Shown here: one piece after another, positions 1 through 11,451 of the stretch
Numbering within the stretch: position 1 is the stretch's first letter
How the letters are laid out: the number at the start of each line of letters is the position of its first letter
DNA from: Ascidiella aspersa
Lineage: Eukaryota
Direction of reading: 5' to 3'
Length of the DNA stretch: 64,000 nucleotides
Assembly: GCA_963924565.1 (NCBI GenBank)
Contig: OZ004607.1
Location: 23,994,001 to 24,058,000 of the forward strand
The notes under the pieces: model-generated
Databases searched by the model: none
What the model was told of the DNA's origin: nothing
What the model saw: the letters and a program-made list of their open reading frames with translations, nothing else
Made by a program: the position numbers and the translations under genes

Positions 1-11
1 TCTAATCATAG

Positions 12-3000
12 GTCACAAATGGTGAACTCCAAAGAGCTTATATTACCAAGGAGAATTTACAAGGGAACCAGCAAAACTCGGGATACTGATGTGAATATTG
101 TCAAAAACAACCCAAACAATGTTGCCGGTTTGTGAGAATAGACTGTGTTGATAAAAAAAAATAATAAATTTTAGAAATTGACAAGTAAAAAACTATGTAA
201 ATTATTTTTGTAAAGAATATTTTAGTTTAACCTATTCACCAACCAGTTTAATTTAGCTAGTTTAGTTAAACTTATACATTGGCAATGATAATAACGGAAA
301 CAGTTTCTGGTTTAAATGGAATATCCATTTTACCCATGAAATTTGCATCTTTTTATTTTGTTAACAGACATAAAATCAAGTTCTGTACATCTTGTAAAAA
401 ATAGGATTATTAGAACCCTACAAGTGGCAGTATTTGCTGATTGTTTAATATATTTTAGAAAAAATTAAAATTTTGACCAGGCGTAAAAGTTTGACAAGAA
501 CTCATATATAACACTTTGAAGCATTTTATTACATTCTATATTATGGTTTATACATTTACAAAACTGAAAATGGATAACCAATTTAAAGATTTTTTTATAG
601 TGATAAATCCACATCAATCTAATGCTTTACCCATTAGTGTGAAAGCTGAAATGAGACAATCATCTTTTTTGCTTTCACCCAGCGAAATAAGTAAATATCT
701 TGAATACTGGATGTCACATGTCTAAAACTTGGTGCAATTTTTTCAATATTTGTTCCTGCGTATGGATTGTAATTAAGATATCCAATTTACAGGTACTAAA
801 CAGACAAATTATTCGCATCATCCAACCCTTGTGAACACTATTACAGGAAGAGCAAATCTTTTACAAGTTATGAGGCACTTTCCATATCTCACTGTGGAAC
901 AAGTTAGTATTTACACCCAAAGTATCATTTATTTTGAGGTGAAATAGTTTTTCATTATTTTTTGTTTGTTTAAGGTGTCCAAACAATGGGAGACCTTCAG
1001 GAAATATGACAAAAATAATGATTTTTGTCTTGATTTGCCAGAGGTAACCTGTAAGAATAATGTGTGATTTATATAGCACTACATTAGTCTTAACTCTTCA
1101 AAATTTTGTTGTTTATATATTTATCTAATTGTTAGGAAAGAGAAAACCAACTAGACTTAAAAGATAAATCTCGATTTTGGTAACATTGTGTTCAAACCTA
1201 TCTTGATCTAGTGAGACATAAGTCTTGTTTGTTTCTGGCAGTGTTTTTCAAACTTTATCTCGCGAAATATTTCAAAAAATGTGATGGACATGCAATGCAA
1301 CTAGTTATCTAAACATAATAAAATGGAAAGTTTGTGAGTCGGCAGTCGGTCGTCAGCATGTTCGCGCTTTAGGGAGACAGACAGAGCAACCGTGGCTCAT
1401 TTTGCTCCCTCTTTAAGCGAGTAGCCGGGCAAGTGGGAAAATAGAAAGAAACTTGTGTGCTCCCAGACAGAAAAAATTTGTTTCTTTCTATGAGAGAAAG
1501 TCTCGCATCTCAAGCGAGCGCCGTCGCAAACCGGTCACGGGTGACCAACTTTTATTTTGAAGGCGTTTGTTTGCAATTCTGAATCGATAAATGTCGCTAC
1601 ATATTTTGTCGTAAAAAAACTCTTAACATAACCGCGCAAAACCTTTTTTTTAACGGGTTGCGGGTTTGTCTGACGTTGGACGCAGCTTAATTAGGCGTTT
1701 AGTGCAAAGGTTTAGCAATTTTCGCTTTTTTAAACATACTTTGAATAAACATCAGGAAACCTACACGGACACCTACAACAAACCGTTTTTAACCACGCAA
1801 TACTTGCCGCAGTTTATCAGTAAGCATTTGTTTTTTCAATGAGGATTTTTCTCACGTTTGACGCAGTTTAGCACCGGGATTACGTATATTACGCTATCAA
1901 GCAGGTCTAAACAATTTCTGCTACAACCTTACGTCTGAGAGTTATTCTCAATTGACAAATGTTACGGGGTTTCGTTACCTAAAAGATGTATGACACCCGA
2001 GTGACGTGTGATATAGACGATTATTTAGTCGTACCATTTCAAAAACATCACGCAGCATTATGCTTTGTTTGCATGTTAAATAAAAAAAATTTCATGTGGA
2101 AAAATTTCTACTTTTATGTTTAATAGCTTTTTGCAGTTTGTTTAACCATGTAAATGGAGCCTAAGTTCGCAAAATATTGCGTTTATTGCAGCGTTTCCTT
2201 AACATTTTTTCACAAGAACGTAAGAGACTTTCACAGACAACGTTCAGCAACCCTCACCGAATATAAACTACGCAACATTTGGACTAAGTTTGCAAAACAT
2301 CGCGTTTATTGCAGCGGTTTGAACACTAAGCAAATTTACTTTTCCAACTTTTACTTTTCAGGATTTTTTTTTCGTTGGATGCAGCACCCCATCCGTCAGA
2401 AATCAGTGCAGTTCTAAGCAAAAAGGTCTACGACAATCAGTGCATTCAAAGGATCAAAAAGTCCGACTTTTAGACTTTGAGGTCTTGGACAATGCACTAA
2501 TTTGCATTAACAAATGTGCATAAGAAGATTAAGTTTAACAATACTTGACCCAACCAAACCCAAACGCTAACCAGCGCCCTAACCCAAATAATGTGCGATG
2601 ATTTAATACTTATAACGCTTCAGGCCCCAATACCTCAATTTGTGACGTAAAAATCTTAAATACAATGGACGAGAAATCCGAGTTTGGGCTTTTTTCCCCA
2701 GCATTTAAAGAATTATTAAAATAACGCACATTATTTGGGTTAGGATTCGGGTTAGCGTTAGGGTTTAGGTGGGTCAAGTGTTATTAATCCTATCTCATAT
2801 TTTTTGTTATCTTTTCTGAACTTTTAATGAATCTTTTTAATTTATCTTCGCCGGGAGTTTACCTAAAGGTCCAAATCAGTGCATTGCCAGGACCTCAAGG
2901 TCTAAAAGTCTAGACTTTTCTGCCATTGGATGCCCTGATTGTCGTAGACCTTTTTGCTTAGAAATGCACTGATTTCTAACGGATCGGGTGGATGCAGTAT

Positions 3001-4987
3001 GCTACCTACCGTGATTTCGTATTTGCTTAAATTATCCGCAATTTGAACAATTGGTGCTCTCACTTTTTACGTTAGTTAGTAGTTTTTGATCGACATATGT
3101 CACTGGTTTTCGTTACGTAAAATATGCAAGACGTGTTTAGCCAAGGTTGTGTGTTTAGTAGCTCCACTTAAAAACACAGAATGTTGCAATTTGGTTTAAT
3201 GTTAAATATATTTCTTTTAAATTATCGGCTATAACATGCGGCTTCAGGAAGAAGATTATACAATGCTGGTGGTCAGAGCGTGTTTACGCCTTTCCTTTAG
3301 TGACCTATTTCCAACACAAAACTGCTTTTTATACCTCATTTTTACACTCTTTTAACCAAATTCAAAATTTAATTAACGGACACCAAGAATTAGATCTTTA
3401 GAGCCGCGCAGATCACATAAATCGCATAATTAAACATGCCATTCCATTAATGCCGCTTTCACACAGGCTGTGGGGTGTTACTCTGATTGTGGGGAAACAT
3501 TAGGTTAACCTTCTTTGTTAGACACACGATAAAAACACATCACATGATTTGAAATTTCTATTTAGTGACACGCAGTGCAAACGTTTAATCATAAGCCAAT
3601 TTGTTATGACATTACAAAACTATGTTTGCATTTGTGCATCTTACAAAGTTCTTACACTATCCGTAACATTACTTTTTGGGTATATTCTGATTACCACATT
3701 TATCTTCCATAATTATGGGCTATGACATGAGGCCAGCAGTTTAACATGTAACAAAGAGCCCACAATATGTTGGATTGTTTCATTTTGTTTAGCTAGACGA
3801 AATTCAGGTAGACTTTTACTTGTGGTGATTATTGTGGTGTAATTAATTTATAACCTGTTAAAATAACTGGTAAATATTTTATTTAACCTGGGCAACGCCG
3901 GGTATTTCGTCTAGTATTTAATATAATACAAACCTTGCAAAAATATGTTAGTTATACTCTGTAAAATGCATTATTACAAAACTATATTATTTGACCCAAT
4001 GTATATAGTATGATGTATGGGTGAACACTGAACAGGCTAGTTTTCATTTAGTGTAACATGTAGACTAAGTGTTAAATTTGCCAGAAAAAACTCTTTAGGA
4101 TTATTTTTGAATAGGGTTGATGATGTGAAATGATATATAAGCTTGCTTCTACTGTAGAAGCACATAAGTAGCTCACTTATTGTTTATCTTTCTCATGCTA
4201 AAATAACTGTGAATTTTGCTATTTAAATGTTGAAGCATTTATTAATAGTTTCAATTTCATAATTTTGAGTTCAAATTTTACAGACTAAAAAATTCTACCT
4301 GTATTTTCTCGAATAAGTTGACAAATGAAAATGAGGATAAATAACCACTAATTAAATAAATGTGAAATGTTGTGTTTTTACTGTTAAACATTTGCATGTA
4401 AGTTTAAAATACTAAAAAGGATTGCAGTTCAACATTTTGATAAATCCTACCATGGATTTGCCGTTCAGTAACAATGTTTCGACAAAGCTTACTTGGTAAA
4501 ATACCTCACACATTGTGGCTGGTCCGAAGGATATATAGATACTGCTATTTACCTGGTCGCGCATATTTTTTATTGACTATTAAAATAATAACTTTCTTGC
4601 TTTAAAATGAGCAGTGGGCTTCATAATATTAGTAAAATGTGATGACATTTTATTTATGTTTTAGCTTTATCAAGTTATTCAAGATTTTGGAGGGCCTATG
4701 GTTACTGTGCAAGGAATGAAAGATGCCATGAAAGAAGTTGACAGAGACAACTCAAATAATATTGATTTTTATGAGTATTTGAAAATATCTGAAATGATTA
4801 TGAAAAAACAAGGTAACCTGAGCAGTTAAAATAGAATTTTTATTTATTTATTTATTATTTTTTTTTTTTCAACAATTAAGATACAGCGGTATTTTAAAAT
4901 TATTGTTTTATTTCAGGTAAAGCTGCAATCTTCCAATCTAATGTGGATGGTGATTCTCATGCTTCTCAAGTTTGTGCTATGCAGTAA
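12..4987 (+). CDS. Two-EF-hand Ca2+-binding protein with C-terminal CaaX motif (5 exons in window; may start at ATG 19 or upstream of the window)
   Basis: GT-AG exons 12-127, 793-902, 975-1043, 4665-4812 and 4917-4987 splice in frame. They encode EF loops DKNNDFCLDLPE and DRDNSNNIDFYE and end ...SHASQVCAMQ*. Not in the ORF track because the exons are short. Confidence 0.8.
1308..3914 (+). mobile_element. Non-autonomous Helitron-like element in intron 3 of the EF-hand gene
   Basis: 5' end TCTAAACATAATAAAA follows an A. 3' hairpin CCTGGGCAACGCCGGG (~3886-3902) is followed by CTAG|T at 3911-3915. A|T insertion site and no TSD. Confidence 0.65.
2385..2990. mobile_element. Fold-back non-autonomous DNA transposon (~120-bp TIRs) nested in the Helitron
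   Basis: CACCCCATCCGTCAGAAATCAGTGCAGTTCTAAGCAAAAAGGTCTACGACAATCAG... is mirrored at ~2870-2990. Flanked by direct repeat GATGCAG (2378-2384 and 2991-2997). A second internal inverted pair lies at ~2540-2598 / 2724-2783. Confidence 0.85.
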
Positions 4988-5977
4988 CAACTTACCACTG
5001 CTCTTAGATTTTGCTGCATCATCAACCAATGCCATTCATATATATCATGTTAGACTATATTAATAATCTACATTATTTTAGATGTGCAATGTGCATCTAA
5101 AAAGATTAATTGTATTTTTTTATCCTGACTGCACTTTTCAATTATGCATTATTTGTAGATATAATTATGTTTTAATATCACATGGTATATCCCAGGGTGG
5201 TCCAAGGTTAACAGCATCATTGGCCACAATATTTTTTTCATAAATAGTTTTTTTTTCATTGTACAGGGGTATGGAACACAAGCGGTAAACTAAATGAATG
5301 CCAGGGCAGATCAAGCACTTTTTTGGTCAGGGCCTAAAAATTTTTTTTTTTGATGTCAAAAAGTTTCGTTTTAAACATAAACTTAGCAATCCGGCCATTA
5401 TCATTCAACTCACAGGCAAATCTGCAAACAAAATCAATTATATAGGAAACTGAGGTAAATTATTTTGGGGAAGTGCAAGCAAAAGTGCGTGTATTCGCAA
5501 AACTTTTAACTTAGGGGACATGATTAAGCACAAAACAAGATTTAGTCAGCTTAGAAGGACTCTGTGTCTGATAGCCGAAAAGGCCATGTAAGACTCACTG
5601 AATCTGTCAATAAATGATGCAAGCAGGGAAGGCTAGAAAAACAACTAGCCTGCAGTGAGTCCGAGCTCACACCAGAAGTAGATCACAGTTGTTAACACAC
5701 ATATTTGTGTTCATCTTTCATTGTCTGATACACTGCATCCTTAAAATCCACTAAAATATGCAAACAAATAATAAAATGGGTAACCTGAAAAATATATTCA
5801 GATTTCAGAAACAAACAGTTTCAACACTTTTAATGTTTTTTGATCACTTATCTTTAATTAATCTCTAATGTATACAATAATAAAACAATTTTACCATGGC
5901 CACAGATAACGATGCTATGCCTGGGCTTGGACCACCTGATTAATTTGATTTTTATTCATAAAGTTTTGAATCCTAGT

Positions 5978-6849
5978 TAGGGATGTTCAAAGTAGAATCC
6001 CAAGGTATTCTAGAATAATAGGTTTCAAATCTAGAATAACGAATGCAGAATAGCGAATCCTAGTAAATTTTTATTAAATTATTTAACCTCGATTTTGTTT
6101 GGGGAAGGGATTAATCTTAATCTACCCTACAGGGCCCACAATCACAGCAATAAATCGCCCAAACAATTTTCTAACATGTGTACATGATAATAAAAAAAAT
6201 CTCCCATATGTTTAACATTCTTAACAACTGTCATTTAAAGCAGTTGTGTAAACTGTAATATGTCAACTGTCCAGGTTGTTGCCAAAACTTATATTTTTGC
6301 CAATAGTGAGTACAATGCAACACTGCACACAAGTCTTAAGCAATTCGGTCCTGTTTTTTCAAGCATTGTCGGGTCTTAGGGCTTATTTTTTTACTAACGT
6401 GATCTGTTATGCAGTCAAATAATGTACTGCAAAGAATACAAAGTTACTATTGACATAACGAATTCTTGACAATTGCACTGCGCATAACAATGTAAAAGTT
6501 ACTTTTGCAACGTAACGCATTTAGGGAAATTGCGAACTCCGCACCTGGCATTACACGTTAGTCGCTCGCCCAATAACGCTTGATTGACACTTAATTATTA
6601 GACAAACGTTATCGCGAGACGCGGTAATTGGTCGCCCGGAAAAACGCTGACACTACTACCAGGTTACTTTTAAAGCAATCTCTGTAAATTGGTCGCCGCA
6701 GCGACAGGCCAACTTACCACACGCGTAGGTACAATTAGGCGCAACAATAAGCGGCAAATCATTAAATGATATCGGTTCCAATTACCCGAAATAAACGGCA
6801 GAATTGGATTCGAATCCAAGGATTCGATATTCTACTTTGAACATCCCTA
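5978..6849. mobile_element. hAT-type MITE
   Basis: TIR TAGGGATGTTCAAAGTAGAAT at both ends. 8-bp TSD ATCCTAGT/ATCCTAGC (7/8). Subterminal GAAT(A/C) repeats. Confidence 0.8.
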
Positions 6850-7484
6850 ATCCTAGCGGTTCTCACCTTTTTTGTACTGTAATTTGGCACTACTAAAAAC
6901 TGATTTAAATGAACTTCTGCTTCCATGACAATAGTTATAAAGAATACTATAAGTCTATAACTGATACTTATTTTTGTTAAATCCATTGCAGTTTTATTTC
7001 TAAGCAAAAATTTATCTCTGGTTGTTGTTTTTTCTCATTTTCTCGATTTTTATTATATATACACATTTTAAAAACTTTTTTATTATGTTTTTTTAATACC
7101 GCTTTTCGTTGTTATATATATGTCTCTTGATAGTACTTATTTTTATTAATATGCACATAGAACACATGCTTATAAAATGTGTCCCACTGTCTAATTCTGC
7201 CATGAAAATAAAATCAACACTATGCACTACAAAATTTCAAAATCATGTTTTACAGGTTATATTTTAAGATAAAAAAAAAGTCTGCCTAATGGGTTGTGTA
7301 GTAATAAGTGTTCTTTTAAAAATAATAAGATTTTATTTTTGCATAACGCCAAAATTGCAAATAGTAGTAGTATAAAAACAGACATCTACACATAAGTGCA
7401 AAGTAATTCATAAGTATACAAAGGGAACATCTTCAGGAAAGTTTGGCAATATTTAAATTGTTTAGAAAAAAATATTCAATTCTA

Positions 7485-9282
7485 TCACTTCCAGGATATT
7501 GATGGAAACATTTTTAAAAACTTGCTGAAAAATTTAGTTTTACTTCCTTTATTGTATTCATCTGATACAGATTTCTTACAATACTTAAAAAACAGATTGT
7601 AAGCCTTGGCATGTACTTCTTGCAAACAAATGGTACCCCGAATGTTACAGGCCACCTCAAAGACATCGGATGCTTCTTTACAAGCCAAGAACATTTGTCT
7701 TTTCAACATTATAATTGCAACACAAACAAATACTTCAAATGTATAGTTTGTTTCTTTCACTAAAGGATTATTAAATCGAGATTTTCCTTCATCATTCATA
7801 ACCTGCAACAAACATTTAACCAGTTATTATTGCCTGTAAATTATATATATATATAATATACATACTATGTAAAAAATAATGATACAAGGTGTCACCATAA
7901 TGATTTATAAACATAATTAAACAACAAATATACGTAACAAGGTGGCTAAAAATTACCTCTATTCGAAGCTGAGTATCTTTTGCTGTTACTGCAGCAGCAG
8001 AGTCTAGTTCCAAGTGGTTGGACTGGGCCATTTCAAAATATTGAATAGATTCATCGTAGTCAAACTCGCGTTTAAATGAGACCAACAGCCATCGATGACA
8101 AAATATCAAATCCGCAACATTGCAGTTTGATAAATGGCTTGAAAATACACTTCAGATGTTATTTTTAGCATTGAATGACTGAATAGCAAAGATTATGAAT
8201 CACCTTAAGTTACTCACACAGCATTACTTTATATTGGCAATGTAATAAATATATACATACCTGTACAAATTTGGCTCAAGATCTTTCAGCAAACTTTGTA
8301 CCAGTTCCATTTTTTCTACCATGCCATTTTCATCAAAATCTTGTTCAATTCGTTCCATGTGATGAGTAAAGCACCAGAATGCATCAACTTCACACTCCAT
8401 AGCAACCAAAAATCTGGTCAAGATGTCGTTCATGCCCTATACACAAATAAATTAAAATGAATACTTTTTTGGTAAATAAAATACATTATATTATTGAAAA
8501 AAGTGTTTTACATTTAAAACAAATTTGAGTTTTACCTGTACATATCCTATTGTTGGATGAAAAAATCCAAAAGTTATTAGGATGTCTCTCATTTTTCTCT
8601 TATGATCTTCAGGTGCTTCTTTGAAATATTCATGATTTAAATCAGTCCTAGGAATGTCCTTGTCAATTACCCTGTACCATGATGAAGGGGTTTGGTCCAT
8701 TTTCTCTTTCCATGCATAAGTTTTTGCCATGTCTATGTGGGTAGAATCTTTTATTGAATCAGTAGGTCTAAATGGGGGCAAGTCCACTGACATAAAGTCT
8801 GCTTGTGGAACAGAAGACAAGGCAATTTCTTCGTTTAAATTCTCTCCATCACTGTCTCCCATGTACATCTGCCATCTTAACTTAAGAGCATGGTACTTAT
8901 AATGGTGCTCAATGTCAAAGTCTGCCCTCTCTCTTTCTGTGGAGCTCATAGGATACAAACCAAAAATAAATGACCAAACAGATTTTCGGATTTTCGGGTC
9001 ACAGCCACCATGAAACAAGTCTTGTCGAAGCTTTTCCTCTTGAACAACTCTACCATCGACATCAAAATACTGCAAATATTGGTCTTTGGTCAACTGTTGA
9101 AATTGTGGTTTTAAAGAATTTACTTCATCTTTATCAGAAATGTCGAGTTGTTTTGGTGTTACCATTTCAAAGGTACTTATTCTGCGTTTTACATCTGGCT
9201 GTGCAAAGCATGCATCATCACCAACCAGGACAAAACTATCAGATGACTTCTGTTTTTGATAAAAAACCTTCCGGTTATCCAT
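7485..9282 (-). CDS. TBC-domain Rab GTPase-activating protein, TBC1D15/16/17-like (4 exons, ~470 aa)
   Basis: Exons 9282-8536, 8436-8261, 8137-7957 and 7802-7485. Motifs: IRKSVWSFIFGLYP, arginine finger IDKDIPRTD, glutamine finger GYVQ|GMND, AFWCF and FCHRWLLVSFKREF. Confidence 0.9.
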
Positions 9283-9589
9283 TACCTCTAATCAAAAACC
9301 TTCAAATAATTTCAAAGTTATTTTTTTAATTACTTACAAATATATCAATATAGCAACTTTGCTCATAAAAAACAGCTTTGCAAAAACTACTACTAACATT
9401 TACAAACTCGTATATTATGGAAAAACAACGTAGTTTTCGTTTTAATAACTTTTGTCAACACGCTACCCTGAGATGTTCTGATAACCCACATCGCCCCCTT
9501 TATATCTGTACATGTTATATCGGTTGCAACACTTATATTATTTTACATTTGCGTCATTTAACGATAGGTCTTTGCAATCAGCTGACATT

Positions 9590-9745
9590 AGTCATGGGAC
9601 GAAGATCGTTGTGTTTACAATTTGTCGTGTGCGATGACGTCAACTCACGTGCCAAATCGCTCCAGTTCATGCATGAATAGCCGGTGGCGCATTTTTTCCA
9701 CAAATGCAGTTACGTCGAATCTGCGGCGGAAACTGCTCTTACGTT
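9590..9745. promoter_or_regulatory. Candidate shared (bidirectional) promoter of the TBC gene and VPS18
   Basis: CpG-rich patch between divergent genes. Contains the CRE palindrome TGACGTCA (9635-9642), the E-box CACGTG (9646-9651) and TGTTTAC (9612-9618). Confidence 0.45.
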
Positions 9746-10082
9746 ATTAACTAGGGATGTCCGATACTTTTTATTCCGATACTGATACCCGATATTGACA
9801 ACAAGTATCGCAATCCGATCCTAGTTCAATTACCCATTCTCAAACAAGTAAAATAGATAAAATTGAATCTTTCCGAGGTATTTTTTTGGTCAAAAATACT
9901 AGTAAAAAACTATGCAAACAAATCTCATTGCTATATTTTTAAGTCATAGTTATGTTTTTTAAACCTTGTTTCAAGAAATGTTTTGCCTGAGCTTGATTAT
10001 GAAATATGCATTAAAATAAACAACAGATTAAATAGGTGATTGCAGCATGCGAAGGTATAAATTACCATATAATTATTAACTT

Positions 10083-10285
10083 GGCGCTGGTCTAGAATCC
10101 TACCACAACGAAACACCATTTGGGTTAGGGTACAGGTTAGCGTTTGGGTTAGGGTCGGTCAGGTATTATTATTAAATAAAGAATATAATAATACTTGACC
10201 CACCCACACCCAAACGCTAACCCGCATCCTAACTCAAATTTTGTGCGTTGATTTTAGAACTGTGGTAGGATTCTAGACCAGCGCC
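10083..10285. mobile_element. Palindromic MITE with GG-starting TIRs and 8-bp TSD (Merlin-like by structure)
   Basis: TIR GGCGCTGGTCTAGAATCCTACCACA. Perfect TSD ATTAACTT (10075-10082 and 10286-10293). Internal inverted copies of the TAACCC-rich module. Confidence 0.85.
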
Positions 10286-11451
10286 ATTAACTTTGCTATT
10301 TAAGCTTACTTTTGGAAATATGATTAACCATATTTAGTAAATTGGTATGCCAAGAATGTGTAGACCCATGATTCTTTAAAAGTGTGCGATGACACCCAGT
10401 GTGGATTAAGAGGTTGTTAAGTGTGCTGAAAAACATTTTGTACGATAATATTGTAAAATAGATTTTTTCTGTTATAAAAGAATGAATCAGTCAAAATTGT
10501 TTACAAAATCAAAATTGTTTTACAAAAACGTAAACTGTAATGAGCTTTTCTAAACTGTCGTTCAGTTTAATATTTTATCAAATTTAGTTTTAAATTACAT
10601 CCAACAACATTTAAACTGTATTATTATTTATTATTACTAGTGGAATATATGGTATATACAACATAAGCAGTTTTAATTAACCACACATGTCTTCTTTATC
10701 ATGCTAAGTTTAGCTTGAACTCGTTTTTGCTTCAGATAGTTTTGTATCTCTGATTTTGACAATTCATTGAACAGTATTTTTTGTGTCTTTTTTCGGTTGT
10801 AATTTGCAATTATTTCCTATTTCAATAAATATGCTAGTTCGTTAATGTTTTGCAAATCTTGTTACCTTGTATTTCAACCAAACTTTTGCTTAACAATTTT
10901 CTTTTTTTTTAAATAACCAACGTCGACGCCAAAACACTAATGCAGTACTTTGTACAACATTGCATCTGTTTAAATCAATGTATTCCTAATTGGTTAAAAT
11001 TTGAATTTTTTAGGTTAAAATTTTTTTTGTAAAAAAATAACAGCCCTACTCATTACGGTACTGTAAATCCCTTTTTATATGATGTTGTGTATTATGAAAT
11101 AGTGTAGCAGGCTTTGTTGTTTCTCGACTTGCTTTCCTCTGAACCTGTAAAAGGTCATTTGGTAGAGCGACCGTCCTAGTATGGTGGGGTCGTGACTTGA
11201 ACCATATAGATATTTCTAGCCTGGAGCTGCTTGCAAGAAAATCCTTAATTGCTCAAAATATTGCAGTATTCATCCATTTTCTAGTCGTGTATTAATGGCT
11301 ATTGTCAATTTTTTTTCGTTTTGTAGGAAGTGTGCCACAAACCATAACAGTTTTAAAACCACTGCTATAGATAGTGACCTTCATTAATTAAGTTCTTTAT
11401 GCTTACATTTTATTTCTGCTTAAGTTCCAATGTTTGTTTAACTTGTAAATA

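Noticed and set aside
516-2417. Short ORFs 516-725, 861-1079 and 2154-2417
   Set aside because: Low-complexity intronic, antisense or Helitron-internal frames with no motifs. The real exons here belong to the EF-hand gene.
2540-2783. TAACCC/GGGTTA runs as interstitial telomeres
   Set aside because: They are not tandem TTAGGG arrays. They are spaced units in a fixed module inside transposons.
11150-11205. tRNA-like A box (TGGTAGAGCG) and weak B box
   Set aside because: No cloverleaf and a degenerate B box. At most a decayed tRNA-derived SINE, not a tRNA gene.
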